A DNA stretch of 64,000 nucleotides from Octopus vulgaris (Eukaryota): positions 125,798,001 to 125,862,000 of the forward strand of contig OX597816.1 in the NCBI GenBank assembly GCA_951406725.2, read 5' to 3'. Below the pieces are notes generated by a model. That model was not told where the DNA came from, did not search any database, and saw nothing but the letters and a program-made list of their open reading frames with translations. The position numbers and the translations under genes are program-made. Below, one piece after another: positions 23,430 through 38,646 of this stretch (positions are counted from its first letter, which is position 1; the number at the start of each line of letters is the position of its first letter).

Positions 23430-26400
23430 CTGATAACAGCAAAGCAAAAAGAGAAGTAGAATTTAATCTAATTTTATAAATAAAAAGAAAACTATAAAAA
23501 TATCAATAGAATGTTTCATTAAGGACAAATCAAATTGTAATTTTTCACAAATAAAAATAGGTAGTTATAACAAAGGAATTAGAAAAATCATTCAAGTTAC
23601 CTTTTCACATAGAGCCAAATCACAGTGCTAGTTAGATCCCAAAGAATGATAAATGACATATAAAGAAGAACAATGAAGCAACTGTCAGATATCATCTTTC
23701 TAACAGCATACAGGAAACTATCCATCTGTCGAGCAGCAACTCGAGAATGTTGGTCATCAACTCTATAACAAAAGGCAAATGTATCAGTAAATAATGTAAA
23801 ATGTGTTATAATGCATAATATATTACTTGCATAACAAAAAGTATTTAGATTATTGAGTTATATAACAGAGTTACCTGTGATAGAATTTTTTCATATTTTA
23901 CAATAGGCAATACAGTTAGGTTTCATAATGGATACATTATTATGTAAGAAATCCTCTTAAAAGAAATAAATCTTTATTCCATTATTAATATGAAATGGAA
24001 GGAATTCATTATTTCCATCAAAATTATAAAGTAATTAAGTTCATTGGAAACAAAAGAGATATCAATGATGTCATTTTACATAGAGGTGATGCTTTAGACT
24101 GATATATCACTGAGATACATCACTTAACAAATTGGATACATAAAGTTTATACTCTGTGCACAATAGAGAGCAAGTCTACCACAACCCACACCTCTGTGTA
24201 CAGTAGTCAATCAGTCTAGGCTGAGTGGAAACTTCAGTCTAGAATGAGATTTGAATTTCACTGAAATGCTTAATAGATAAATTGTAACCTGGTGGGCTCA
24301 ATTAAAAAAGACAGGAGAAAAATGTATTGGTTATAGAGCATTTTACTTTGACATCTAAGATACTAAACTTGAAATCTTGTATTACAACTAACTGCAACTG
24401 TTGCTGAGTACAGAACTGTATGCAATGGCAATTTAAATATGTTAATGTTTGAGACTGAAAAACAGAAACTAAACATTTTTCTGTATGAGAAACATGGAGC
24501 CTCAATTAATAAAGAACTTCCTGTCAAAAAACTTCTATTTTCTTTCTCATTTTTTAGTGTTTGAACATCTTGGTAGACAACATTTCAAGTGAGTAAGAAT
24601 TTAACAATATTATTTGTTAATGACTTAAATAAAGAAACAGAGGTTGAACTTAGAGATAGTTATCAACATGATATTTCATTGTCAACTGTGGACACCTGTG
24701 TGGAATTGATATGAGGATTTATTGATTCTGAGAAAGAATAGAGTGATTGCATATTGATCATTAGATCAATGCTTTTGTTAATGAATGGCAAGGATTAGAA
24801 GAAAAAAATTACTGATATATTCTAAATGAAAGGTCTTTCCATACTGCTGGATCTTTGAATGGAGGAGATAAAGGTATATGACAGAATGCCTTTTACAAAT
24901 GGTTGCCGTGCAGCTTCCGAATTACAAAAACTGTCAGAGTACAAATTCAGCTGAGACAGGAAATGGATGCCCAGGGATTGATATCTTTTTGCACATTTAT
25001 GTGAAAACATGTATTGTCAACTTACCTATATTCAACCTACTTGAACAGGTGAAAGTGATATGACAACAGGTAAAAACCAATAATAATTAACAACCACATT
25101 CACAATGCATATCAACAATCATTACATCTTATCACTAAATTTTATTCAAATCCATACAATAGCTATATTTTTATGATATTTTCACTGTATTAACATTTCA
25201 TGAAAATCTCTAATTTTTAAGAGAAGAGAAAGATTTATATAAAACACTAGAGGAATTTAACAGTGAAGTACATGAAACAACAGAAGAAATATTAATGAAT
25301 AAGGTATATTAATAAATTTCAACAGAAAATAAATGAAAGTAAATTCTTGAGTTGAATTAAAATTAGCATAAACTAGAACAATGAAAATCATGCTAATTAA
25401 AAAAAAAAGGTAAAAATACTCATTATCATGGATATTTTATAAACGGTTTCTAAAAAATAAAGAACTTACTTCTGGTATGTTTTTGGTTCAATAGGTGGGA
25501 ACTTACACCCTTTCACTTCAACTTTGAAATCTGATAAATCTCTAACAGTACACTTGGCATCAGGTAAATACCTCTGTAAGTATTCACAATAAGTAATGCT
25601 ATGTGTCTTGGAGAGTTTTCGAACAGAATTCTGATACACATCATGCAAATAAAGATGTCTCTTTAAGTAAGAATTCATCCAGGCTTCTAACATTGGATAT
25701 TCCATGGCGTTGATTTGAGTTGCATGCATACGGATACGGCTGTTGATGTCAGCTCGACTCAGCTCCAAAAGACTAGTCTAAAAAGACAATAGAAAAGCAG
25801 TAGTTAAAATTAAATATTCTTTGTTTTTTTTTTTTGTTTCAGTCACTGAACTGTAACTATAATTAAAAATGCATAGTAGTTATTGTGTGTTTTTAAAGCA
25901 TAAAGGTAAAACACCAATTATTGAAAATTCTTTTAAAAATTCATAAGCATGAAAAATACCAAAGTATATAGAATATATCTTTGATGAACAAAAATAAATA
26001 TTATCAATTTGTTAGAGTTTCTTATCATAAGGAAAAAATGTGTGTGTGTATTTGTGTGTGTGTGTGTGTGTTTGTGTGTACAAACCTATGAACAGAAAGA
26101 CAGACAGATGGATAGATAAAAAAATTGAAATTTTCAAATAATGTAAAATTAATAAAAAGAAATCCAACTTCCAATGGATACTAAGAAAGCAAGCTAGTGA
26201 AACAACATTTAGAATATTATATTTATAGCAGCCTTACAGCATAAATACCTTAACTTCCTTTACAGGTATCTGAACCTTGTACTTAAGACATAACTAGTTT
26301 TGTTTTAGTAGTCTATTATAATGCATTCCTCCTTCACTGAATTTAGCATCTGAACTAAAAACTAGCAATGAAGAAATAGGTAAGCAAATAATCAGATATT

Positions 26401-29400
26401 TTCACAAAAATGGTCTCACAGCAAAAATGTTTTTCCTATGTTGCATATGCAGTCATGGTGTTATACATAATTTAGAAAAGAGAACCTGTACTCAATACTG
26501 TGCTTTGCCTAATGGCATAACAGTGGTGGTCGGAATTCAAACACATGAATTTTATGTCAGTGTACCAGCAGTTAAACCATTCATCTATGAAACAGAAAAA
26601 CATGCTCTCAAAAACTAATAACTGAACTAAATATCTTCAGTAAATGTCAAGAATAAAAACGCCATCAAAAGAGTAAAATTTTATTGAACTCATATCCTTA
26701 AACATTTTCTCACTTTTAAATTGATCCTTTTATCAATCATATTAATATAAAATTGCCAAATATAAATTTAAAGCTTGATATCATTATAACGCAATGCATT
26801 TAGATGCAAAATACACAAAATCAAAGATTAAGCTTGTGGAAACAAAGAATACCACTGCTAATGATGAAAGTAATGCTACCTATAAATAGAATAAAAACAA
26901 ATTACAATCGAAATAAATTCAGAAGAAAAGACTGTATCAACTTGTGTCATGAGTGTAAAAAAACGTTTTTAAAAATAACACAAAAACTTACAATATCTGT
27001 GTAGTATCCAAGTGCTTGAAAGGACTCTCTGCGAAAGAGTTTCTCACTAAATGCAGATGTCAGGTATATAAAAAGTACCATTAATAAGCTAATTATCATT
27101 TTTGGTACAAACATTGTCTTAAGAATCTGAAAAGGAAAACAAAAAAATACAATTAAAATCTGTACTTATAGAAAATGTTATTACAGTTTGATTATACTTT
27201 TCAGGTTCACAATTACTTTTATGGTATGTGGTCTGAGGTTTTATTTTAACTATAAACACTATTATATATATTTTTATTCATATAACAACAAAAATTAGAC
27301 AAACCTTGATTATAGCAAGAAATAATAAAAAACATAATAAATAAAATGTAACAATGATAAACAAATTCAACCCTAAAAATAAAGTTAATGCTAATAAAAT
27401 TACTAATTAAAAATCACATACATCTTATTTTAATTACTTAAGTTTATAAACTGAAATAAATTTAAATGATTTTAAAATGTGTGATAACATAAGGTAAGGA
27501 ACAATAACAATTCAATATCATTCAATTAAAACACCACCAGCAAAATAAGCTATTTTAAAGATAGCCCATACTATTCATGAAATAAACAACAATATGTAAA
27601 CTGAAGATTAAACCTATATCTTGAACACAGAAATAAACAACAGCCTCTATCTAAATTAGATATACAATTGCATGAAAGATATCTTATATTGAGATTGTTA
27701 ATACTAAACATTAATGAGATGAAATGCTGTGCAATAGTATAATAAATAAACCCATAAATACATTAAGCAAAAAAGAAAATTCAAGAGTTAAAGAATGGTT
27801 ATGTGATATACTCCTAAAAAAGAAATAGAAAGAGGCAAGTACACAAAAAACAAGGACAAATCCAAGATTTAAAAAAATATATTTTAACATAATAGCCATG
27901 TTTAATTACACTCTTAAAATCTTATTAGAGGTATTAATTTTATCAGTAATATCGAAGAGAAGAAAATAATCAAGAATACCATTATGACTGATCAGGTTAT
28001 CACTTAATTGAAGTGTTTATGTTTCTTTTAATTTCCTTTGAAATATGTTGTTATTCTTATTTATCAGATCTTTGGGTTTTTTAATAGATTATTTATTATA
28101 TATAAGAGAATTTCTAATTAACCTAGATAAACTGAAAATATCCGCACATCTTAATTTTGTGGAACATTTTACTTCTTGGCCAATGATTCTACTTCCAATA
28201 ATAGTCTAGTAACACAAATTATCTGGTACCATGACCAGTAACCTTCCAAATAAAGTAACTATTTAGGTCTTAAAATATTGCACTGTTTCTTGTTTTATCA
28301 CATAACATGGCATGTCCATAGAGCTCCAGATAACAAGCAACAAAGAAGATTAAAATAAACACATTACTATATTTCTGGATGTGAAAATAATATTCATTGG
28401 CTTCAAACATTTTATCAAAGGTTATCTTAATGATAGACAATGAAACATTCAATCTCCTGTCAAAACAGAGTACAAAATTTCATACCTTTATCTTATTTCT
28501 AGCTTTATAACACTGTCACAGACCTACTATTGAAATTTATATATTTTATGTAAGAAAAGAGATACTCTCCTTATTTAATACTTTTATATAAATACAAACT
28601 GAAAATAACCTCGGAAATTTCAACTAATAGTGTAAAATAGGTTCCTAACCAACATGAAACAAGAACTAAGGAATAATAATTCTACATAAAATACTCTCCC
28701 ACCTCTACAAGCTAAGTCTGAAGCCAAGTTTAATTCACTTTTGTAAGTTATCTTTTTACATATTATGTGTACATCTTTGGAAAAGATAGATATATCTACT
28801 ATTTCCTTAACTGATTTTCTTAAAGATTTCTTCAGAGTAAAAAGAACACTATGCATAGTTTTCTTGGCTTTTTGAGAGGCACTGGAAGGAAGATGGGAGA
28901 AATCTAGCCTCAATCTAGAGACTTGGTTCAAATGCTAGAAACATACAAGAATTTATAAAATTAGCCACAGAAGAACAAGAGCTGGCTTCCACTTCTTATA
29001 AAGAATTATAAATTTTATTTGATATATGTTTACATTAACAGATTACAAAGATTTAGTTATTATATGGTGTGGTTATATTTCAGTTTACAAATAATTTATG
29101 CAGCATCAATGCTCTTTTCCATAGTAAAAAAAAAGTGCTGACTAAACTACACCAAAGTATTGCAAAAACATATTTAAATATTCAAGTACTAATTTTTGTC
29201 ATACTTATAACCCACTAAAACAAATGCAGCATTCACAAGACATAAAAGAAATTCTATATACAAGTACATGCAGATACATATATATGTGCATATATATTTA
29301 TAGCCATACCAAACACAAAGATTTAAAATGTTTTGCAGGTTGTTTAGGTATTGAATTTCCTGTCCACAGCTCATGAGTTATGTATACAAGTCTTAAAGGA

Positions 29401-32400
29401 ATACCAATGAAATGCTCCAATAAATTTGAACTCATAAACCATAAGCAGGTAATTCAATATCTAAACCATACTATTTTCAGTCAACCAGCAAGAGAATGTA
29501 GACAAAATGCTTTAGATGTTTTCAGGTAATGATTCATTAATATCCACATTTAATTACCTAAGTTATATTTAACTATGTACAGATTAAATAGTTAAAGTGC
29601 TGTGTATATATCAGAAAATATTTTTAATCAATGAATAACACATTTAGTTACTACTGTTTATATATTGACACAATAGCTTGTTAATGTATCAAGACATGAT
29701 TTACTGTATGGAAAAATAATGATGATGAAGCAAACACTATGCTTACAATAATCAAACTATAGATTGGAGCATTACATTAATCAGAAATCAATTACATCAT
29801 AAGGATAAAATTGTAGGTTAATCCTGAGAAGATGCTAATTATAAATTATGGCTGTGCACCTTTTTTAAATCAACTAATATTTATACAGAATTGATTATTG
29901 TAGTGAATTTTATAATATAGAATTAGCACTATTTTATTCTTTTACTAGTTTCAGCTTGTTAGCTGTGGCCTTGCTGGTGCATTGGCACTTTTCCATTACT
30001 GTAGACTATGTCTGTAAATTTACTTCTTCCAAATTACTGGTAAATAATGTACATCCTTTTCAACAAAATTCCTCAATTGTTATTGGGTATCACAGTTTAA
30101 AACCTATGATTGATAAGACAACCAAACTTTATCAACTCTCTCAATAAACAACTATACCCAACACAATATAATCATTATTATTTGAAGAAGAAAATAACAT
30201 TTTATTTTTATATTAAGTATTACTGAATCATACAAATTTAATTGTGCATACATTCCTTGATACATATAGCTGCATGCAAATGCAAAAACATTGAAAAATA
30301 AAACAGGCAAAATAAATTTAAAGAGCAACAAAAAGGAACACCTGCCTAATTTACTTTTTGTAGGTAATTCACCAGAAATATTATGATACTTGGGTTTTAA
30401 GATAATTTTTGTGCTATATCATTTTTATTTCAGTTCACCTCTTACTTTCACATGTTTAAAATTACAGTGGTTAAATCATTTGCATTAGATTATTAGCTCT
30501 CTCAGTAAAATTTATATGTGAATATTTTCTTGTTTTAAAAATTATTTATTTTGCAAACATGAAGAGAAGACCTTCTTAAACAATGAAGCAGACTAGCATT
30601 GAGAAGATCAACATCTATAGTAATAAGATTTAAATTCATGACCATTTGCATTTTGTTGTATATAATGCATGTGATTACACATGCAATGTGCATACACATG
30701 ATTGTATACACTATTTGCAGTGCATATAGTTGGATTATGCTTGTATATTGTTGTTTATACAAACTCTTCATCCTGCTTCCCACCACCTGTCACAGACTAC
30801 TATAAAATTCTATCCATTCTGAAGGAATCCCACTCTACACACTGGCTGCACATTACAATATTTAACCACTCCTTACTGTCACATATTAGCATACATTGTT
30901 TGACCACTTTGTACTGATATCAACTCTTTTGCATCCTTCAATCCTAATTTACTCAATATTGTTACAAAACTTTTCAACCCTCTGCTATTGCTCCCTCATC
31001 ACACTGTTCCCTTCTACACTACTCAACTCAGCTTTACTTATTTCTTTCACTTTATATTATTCCTTTGCTATATTCTCTACTCTGTGTACAATATTACAAC
31101 TAAAGAAGCAACCATAAAAAAAAATGTTAAAACCCCTCTCTAGCCTACAGGCTTATTAGGTTAGAGCTTATCCTAGTTTCTGAGGTGTTAAACAGTTGAC
31201 AGTGTAAGATGTCTCTTGGACCAGATGCTAGATTATGCCTCTGGTATTCATTTTCAGCTGAACTGAATGGCCTGGAACATCATGAAATACTTTGAAATAT
31301 TACAATACTGAGCCCAGTTCAAGAATTGAACCTCCAACTTTAAGATCATGAGTTTAATATCCTAATTACCACACTAAGGTCCTTTACGCTCAATCTAAAC
31401 AACTACACTTAACTAAAAATTAACAGCTTATGGCTACTCAATAAATTTGAGAAGTCATCATTATCGTTAACATGTTAACTGTGACAGGTCCCAGAAAATT
31501 GTCATTTGCACATATATTGATTTTCCAGCAACATATATATGATGGCCAAAACTGGACTGAGTACTGTGAAATTTGATTTAAAAGAATGAGTGACAGTGAA
31601 AGAGATTTATTTAAAAAGTAGACTAAAGAAAACATATCAATAAGTGCCAGGCTAATTATCAATGTATTGGGTTTCAAAATTAATATGTCTGCTATCCTGT
31701 AGACCAATTTGACAATATCAGCTAGTAAAGTTATAACAATGATTGAAGACAATGACAGTTTATACTGAGGTTATTATCATCATCAACAAACATTTGTTTT
31801 TGAGAGAAGGTAACATAATTATTAAATATTATAATTATTAGAAGGAAACCTATTATATTTGTCACCCCAGTTGAAAAAAATTGTATTGTATTGTATGTAA
31901 ACTAAAATAACTGAAATCCAGCAAATAAAATTCGGAAAAAGTAGACTTCCTAAATAAGTACAATTCTAAAGAAAGTATTCAATTGCAAATTAGCATATAT
32001 TTTCTAAAAAAAAGTGATCTTTGTATTAGAAATGAGTAGCAATATGAATAATGATGACGATTTACAAACAATATTTATAAATCGTTTAAAACAAATGAAT
32101 TTTAACATTTCCTAACTATAAGCATCTGAAATTCCTTGAGTAGGCTTCCAATTAAATGTATCTATAAACATCAGCTATAACAACAGCACTGATATAAGTT
32201 GATTTATATATATATATATATATATATAATTGATAACACATACACAAACCATATATACACACACATAGGCACAGGCATGGCTATATGGTAAGAAACCTGC
32301 TTCCCAACCACATGGTTTTGATTCCCACTACCTGATACTTTGGGTAAATGTCTTCAACTACAGTCCCAGGCCAAACAAAGCTTTGTGAATAGATTTGGCA

Positions 32401-33176
32401 GATGGAAAATGAAAGAAGCCTTCATAAGTATGTATGTGTGTTATTGTCTCTTCGCCTTGACATTGCCTGATGGTTGTAAATGAGTGTCACCATCATACAA
32501 GCAGTGTCTGTCATTTCCATTCTTCCATGTCTGGTCATGGGGAAATATCTTTCCTGGAAAAAGGTAAGAGTTGGCAACAGGAAGGGTATCTGGCTGTAGA
32601 AAATACCCTCAACAAAATTCTATCTGACCTATTAGAGCACTTCAAAATGGACACTAAACTAATGATAATTAAATATAAAATCAATTAGCTGGTGAATTCT
32701 ATATATTACTTTTTCAATTATCGCTCCCATATTAGATATTGGAAAAGAACATGCAGACAAAAAAACTGGTGTTCAGTGTGATATCTTGCACCAACTCAAC
32801 TGTGTGACATGTGCTTTACCTTTGAGAAGAATTTGCTTACAGAATGACAACATCTTTTCTTTGCAGATTTACAGCATGAACTGGGTTTTCTATGAGCATT
32901 ATCCAGAGATGGTAATCCCCGATCTATTTTGAAAGAGTAATATTTTTTTTTAACTTCAACAATGGCTCAGAAAAACTGGTTTCAAATATTTAAAATATAC
33001 AGCAAGATAATAATAATGATAATAATAATAATAATGATGATGATGATAATAATAATAATAATGATGATAATAATAATAATAACAATAATGATGATGATAA
33101 TAATAATAAGAACAATAATAATAATAATGATAATAATAATAATAATAATAACAATAATAATAATAATAATAATAAC

Positions 33177-33207
<31 letters not shown>

Positions 33208-33418
33208 GTTTCAAATTTTGGCAAAAAGCCAGCATTTTGGGGGAGGAGGTGAGTTGATTACATCAACCCCAATGATCAACTGGTACTTATTTTATTGACT
33301 CCGAAAGGATGAGGCAAAGTCAACCTTGGTGTAATTTGATCTCAGAACGTGATGACAGATGAAACAACACTAAGCATTTTACCTGTCATGCTAACGATTC
33401 TGCCAGCTTGCTGCCTTC

Positions 33419-33467
<49 letters not shown>

Positions 33468-36400
33468 AACTTCCATTGTAAATAATAATGTTAATCTCAT
33501 GGATATTTTCAACATTTTGAGAATAAGAATTTTAGCTTCAATAAAATAAATACATGAAAAAAATTTTAATTTCATATTTGTTAAATGAATTTTCTACTTG
33601 AATAAAAACAAATTAAATTAAGCAGTTATTTTGCAGGAAACCATGAGAAAGAAACATAAAAAAAAAAAAGGATTAATTTTTCAAGATGGATTAAAGAAGA
33701 AAATTTAGGTTCAGAGTATTATATGATAAAGAGAAAAGTTACAGAAAGAATACACTTCTAGAATGAGCCTCAAAAAGAGAAAATGCACCTGCTTTTATGA
33801 AAACTAATATTTTTCTCTTTCTGTATATCTGAATATACTTAGTTGTTAGTGTCTTTTTTGTGACACCTTGATTGTCAGAAGTATATATTTTTCTTGAATG
33901 TGAACTAACATGTTACTAATTAAGGAAAATGTCTTTACTCAACAAAATTCATTTGACAGAGGCTGATATAAAGGACATCAGTTGAAAGGATTCAAAGCTA
34001 ATTTCAGTTTTGAATCTATAAAAACCATAAGTCTTTAAATTTTTTTTTTTATTAAATGGAATTACATACATATATTTTACTGGACTGTTATGTCATTTTT
34101 GTTTTCTAATAAAAGATGTTATGCTTCTACTTCTTGATAACTTCAGGAAAATATAATGTCAGAACCAACAACATATAACAGAAATTTTCATTAAATTCAT
34201 AAACATTCTGAAAATATTAAAAGTATTGTTTAAACAGTAACTAATTTTCATTCAATTATCTTGAAACACTGTATTTTATGAACATAAACAAACAGTAATT
34301 ATAATAAAATAGTAATTATTTTTGTAGCCAACACAACTATTTTAAACACAAGAAATAGAAATATTTAAGAAATAGCAGAGAATCAAATTTCACATACCTT
34401 TCCCTTCTCTGCAATCAACATAGACTGGATAACCATAAAGTAAGAGCCGGGTTGTTCTCATTATATTTACCATTCGGTGTAAAAACCACATTGCATCAAT
34501 AATGACCATAATACCAACAAAAGTGTAGAAAAGTTGGTTATTGTCTCCTTTTTTTGAAGATTTGTGAGAATAGTCAGTCATATTTCGGTGACCCATTGAA
34601 TGTTTATGTTCTGTATAAAACCATAAGTTTCGAGTATAATTTGTTTGCCCTGATTTATTTTGAGGTGGTTCTGTGTAAGTGTTAGTAGGTGAAACTTTTT
34701 CCCTAAAGACTTCTTCAAACCGTGGCAATTTGGGAACAGATAATGATAAAGCTGAAAAATAAAATAAATGTTAATGTGTTTACCTGTAAATAACAAAACA
34801 TAACATGAAAATTATGAACAACATTTCAGTATCCAGCTGTACAGTGTGTTATAAAGTTAAACACAAAGTGTGGTGGTTATGGAATTCTTCAAATTTTCAA
34901 ACAACTATGAAGGATAAATAACATTATCGAATACAAATAATAATGGCAATATAGTGAAACATGTCACTATTAAGCATATCTAAAGTTTGAAAACAATTAG
35001 AAACATAAAACATAATATTAATGACTGATTTTATTAAAAAAATATTAATAAACCAAACACAAATTTGTAGGTGAAATCAAGTTAAAAAGTGTACTTACAG
35101 AGAGCAAGATTAGAAATATTAGGTTCAATCTGCATCCACTCTGTATAGGAACGCGTTGCAAGATCGTGCGAATTTTCTCTTATTTGTTGAATGGAAGAAT
35201 GTAAATATTTAGCCCCCGTTAACCATCGGTTTTCCATAACACTATGGTAAGTTTGTTTAACATCAAATTGTAAACGTTTCTGTATTATCCGGACATAGTT
35301 CTTGAGACGATCTCTATTTACATGCACACACAAAATAGATAAAATTAAAAGTGTTTTAATAACATTAACATTTATTCATTAATGTAAATGATTCTTTATT
35401 AATATTCTTTATAAGTTTTACTAAAATTATTTACTTTTAAGAGACTGCTTCCTGTCTGTCAAAATTATGTAAAAAATTTGGCTTACTTTCAAGATTTTGA
35501 AATTCAGCTTGCATATGTGCCTGTGTGCATGTCTGCTTGTCAGTCAGTATTGAAAGACATTTGTCAAACATACATGAGAGTAAAAAATTTAGCAGAATAT
35601 GTTAAGATGTAATCTATTATATGAAGCTAAGGAAGAAAAGAAATTAATTTTACTTCTTTTCGAAATGTCTTAGAAAAACTAGAATGTAAGTTAGAGCACA
35701 ATTTAACAATGTATATGAAAGTAATAGATGATTTAATAGACATGTTAGCTTAAGAAACATTATGAATATTTTAAAGTAATTCAGTTTTTATAACTGGATG
35801 CTCTTCCTATATTTGACCACTTTATAAAGAGTTCTGAGTTCATACATACAACATACACATATATATGAATGCGTATGTAACAAATGACATATAATGATAA
35901 CAGATCCCCAATTCAGCTTGTATGATGAGTAAGGCAAGTATTTGATCAATGAAGCTATCACATAAGCGTTGTGTTACATTTGTTACCTCAACAGAGTCTT
36001 AAAGCGACCCTCTGGATGAGAATTACATATAAACAATAAGACCAGTATTTTCACCCAGAGGGTCACATAGTATCTGCTTTAAGACTATGTTAAAGTGTGA
36101 TTCAAATATATCCTTGTGCACCTGCATATGAGTATATATGTACAGCTTATCGTGTTGGTTTAGTAGTAAGAGAGTGTGGTGAAGTGTTGGTGTGTATATG
36201 TGAACACACATATTTACACACCCCACTTACATACACACACAAAACACATATGTGTTAATTCAACTTACGATGAAAGTAAACAAACAAAGTTCGTTTTAGA
36301 AGCATTGAGATGTATTGAAAGATACAGAAATAAATTTTTTTTATTTTCAAGCGCTTGAGAATAAAAAAATTATTTCTGTACATATGTATTAACCTTAACA

Positions 36401-38577
36401 CACATATATGCAAACCAGCTTATCTATGAATATTAAAACCAGTCACTATACACATTCAAACATTATACAAACAAATACACACTTTCACACATATACATAA
36501 ATTAACATGACAAACTGCACCTTACACAGCCACATGCAAACATATGCACAATCATATGACAAAACTCTGCACACACATATATCCACTCAATAAATTACAC
36601 ATATACAAGTATATACAAATACATGCATAATAAAATATACACAAAAACATACACAGAAGCAATTTTTCATGCATAAATGACAAATCAAATATCCACTGAA
36701 AAGTATGCATTGATATGCATATGAACCACTTCTATGAACAGCCATTCATGTGCATGCACACACACATCTATCAACACAATACTCAAACCTACATACATAT
36801 GCACACACATACACAAAAGTACACTCATGCACACACACACATACACATCAACTGTATACAACACCTTACCAAATTCAATCTACTCCTGTTTTACAATTCA
36901 GAATGACAACCACCAGCATTGACCTCCAAATTATTTTTTAATATTTTATTTGAAACAACTACATCCACACACGCACACATTAAGATGTAATAAAGCCCAA
37001 ATATACACATTCATAGTTACAAATACATGCATGATTACATTATGAATCAAATACTAAGTACATATGTACAAAATGAACACACACAAGCTCCTTGCCTCTT
37101 TCTTGCAATTTGAGAAACACACAAACATATAACTAGTCAATGTGACAATAGTATAGCATTAACATAATACAGTACACACATGTATGTCTGGTACACGTAG
37201 TGGTGAGCTATTTGGTGCAAACATAACATGAATACATACACCATACATCCCTGGCTTGACTCCTGATGAAATAGGGTAAATATATACATGTATGTGCACA
37301 CATACACACATACAGACACACATATTCATAATACAATATTTACTTTGGATAAATTAAATTATACAAGTTTCAATTATAAGATAACCATCCAATTATAATA
37401 CCAAGTTTTAAGGCTAAAACAATATACACTAATCAACAAAAATTCAGTACATGAGTTATTGCAGAAAAATTTTATAAAACTAACTATTAATTAGATAAAA
37501 TAAATGAAGTGTACCTGTAAACGACTATTCTTTCTAAGAAATCTTCTAGGACGCGGCGTGTGTGATTGCGAATTAAGTTACTAAGATTTTCTTTTGACAT
37601 AACTTTTTTGGCTTCTTTTGTCAAATTCCCCTTCAACTGAAATTTAGAAAAAAATTCTTTTCTACAATAAATGGTTAATATAACAGCAGAAATAATTCTC
37701 ATAAAAAAACACTGTAAAGAGTCATGCATAAGAAATATGGAGGAAGGAAATACATATTTTTTAATCAGATGAGGAGCCAATTACAACGATGGTCAAAAAT
37801 ATTCCCCCAACCTTAAGAGGCAACATGAGTCATATTTTGTACAAATTCAAGCCTGCACTCAAAAGTGACTGAACCCTTTGCAATGCCTCTGTGAGGAATA
37901 ATGTCCATGTCATATGAAAACCAGTGATCTTAATATTATTCATCTTCAGCTGGAACTTCAGTACTTCTGTAATTTGATGCTAAGGAGAATTGTATGGGCA
38001 ACTGATAAAATGATAGTTGATCGTATTGACTCAGGAAGCTCAGGGGATCTCTAATAATTTTCAGGAAATGAATTATTGTCAGTAATAAACAGAAACAAAC
38101 TTTGAAAGACGTCTTTCAAACCATCTAACTTTCATAGAAACAAACTTAATTAATAAAAGGATAGATGTAAAAACAAACAAATGAATGGATACACACACAC
38201 AATCACATATAACATACAGAATGTAAATGCATGCAGGCACACATAATCATATAAGTTATATAAGTATTTCAGTTTAGAAACAGTAACCAGACAGTTATTC
38301 AATATGTGTAATGTGGATCATGTGTGAACATTGTTTGAGATGATACTAGATTAGGTCTGGAATATGTTTTGTCCTTAGAAAGGAAACCCAGTCAATTAGA
38401 TACTGTTATCGTAGTGACATTACTTAGCCCCAGGTGAACCTGAATGAAAAGACCTAAGACCTTTACTCAAAGAAATTTTTGCTACAACTGTTACTCTTAA
38501 ACTCAAACAATATACATGTATGTGTGTGTGTGTTATATATATATATATATATATATATAACACACTTTATATTTTCT

Positions 38578-38646
<69 letters not shown>

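Noticed and set aside
32962-33252. Poly-Ile/poly-Leu 'membrane' ORFs
   Set aside because: (AAT)n microsatellite.
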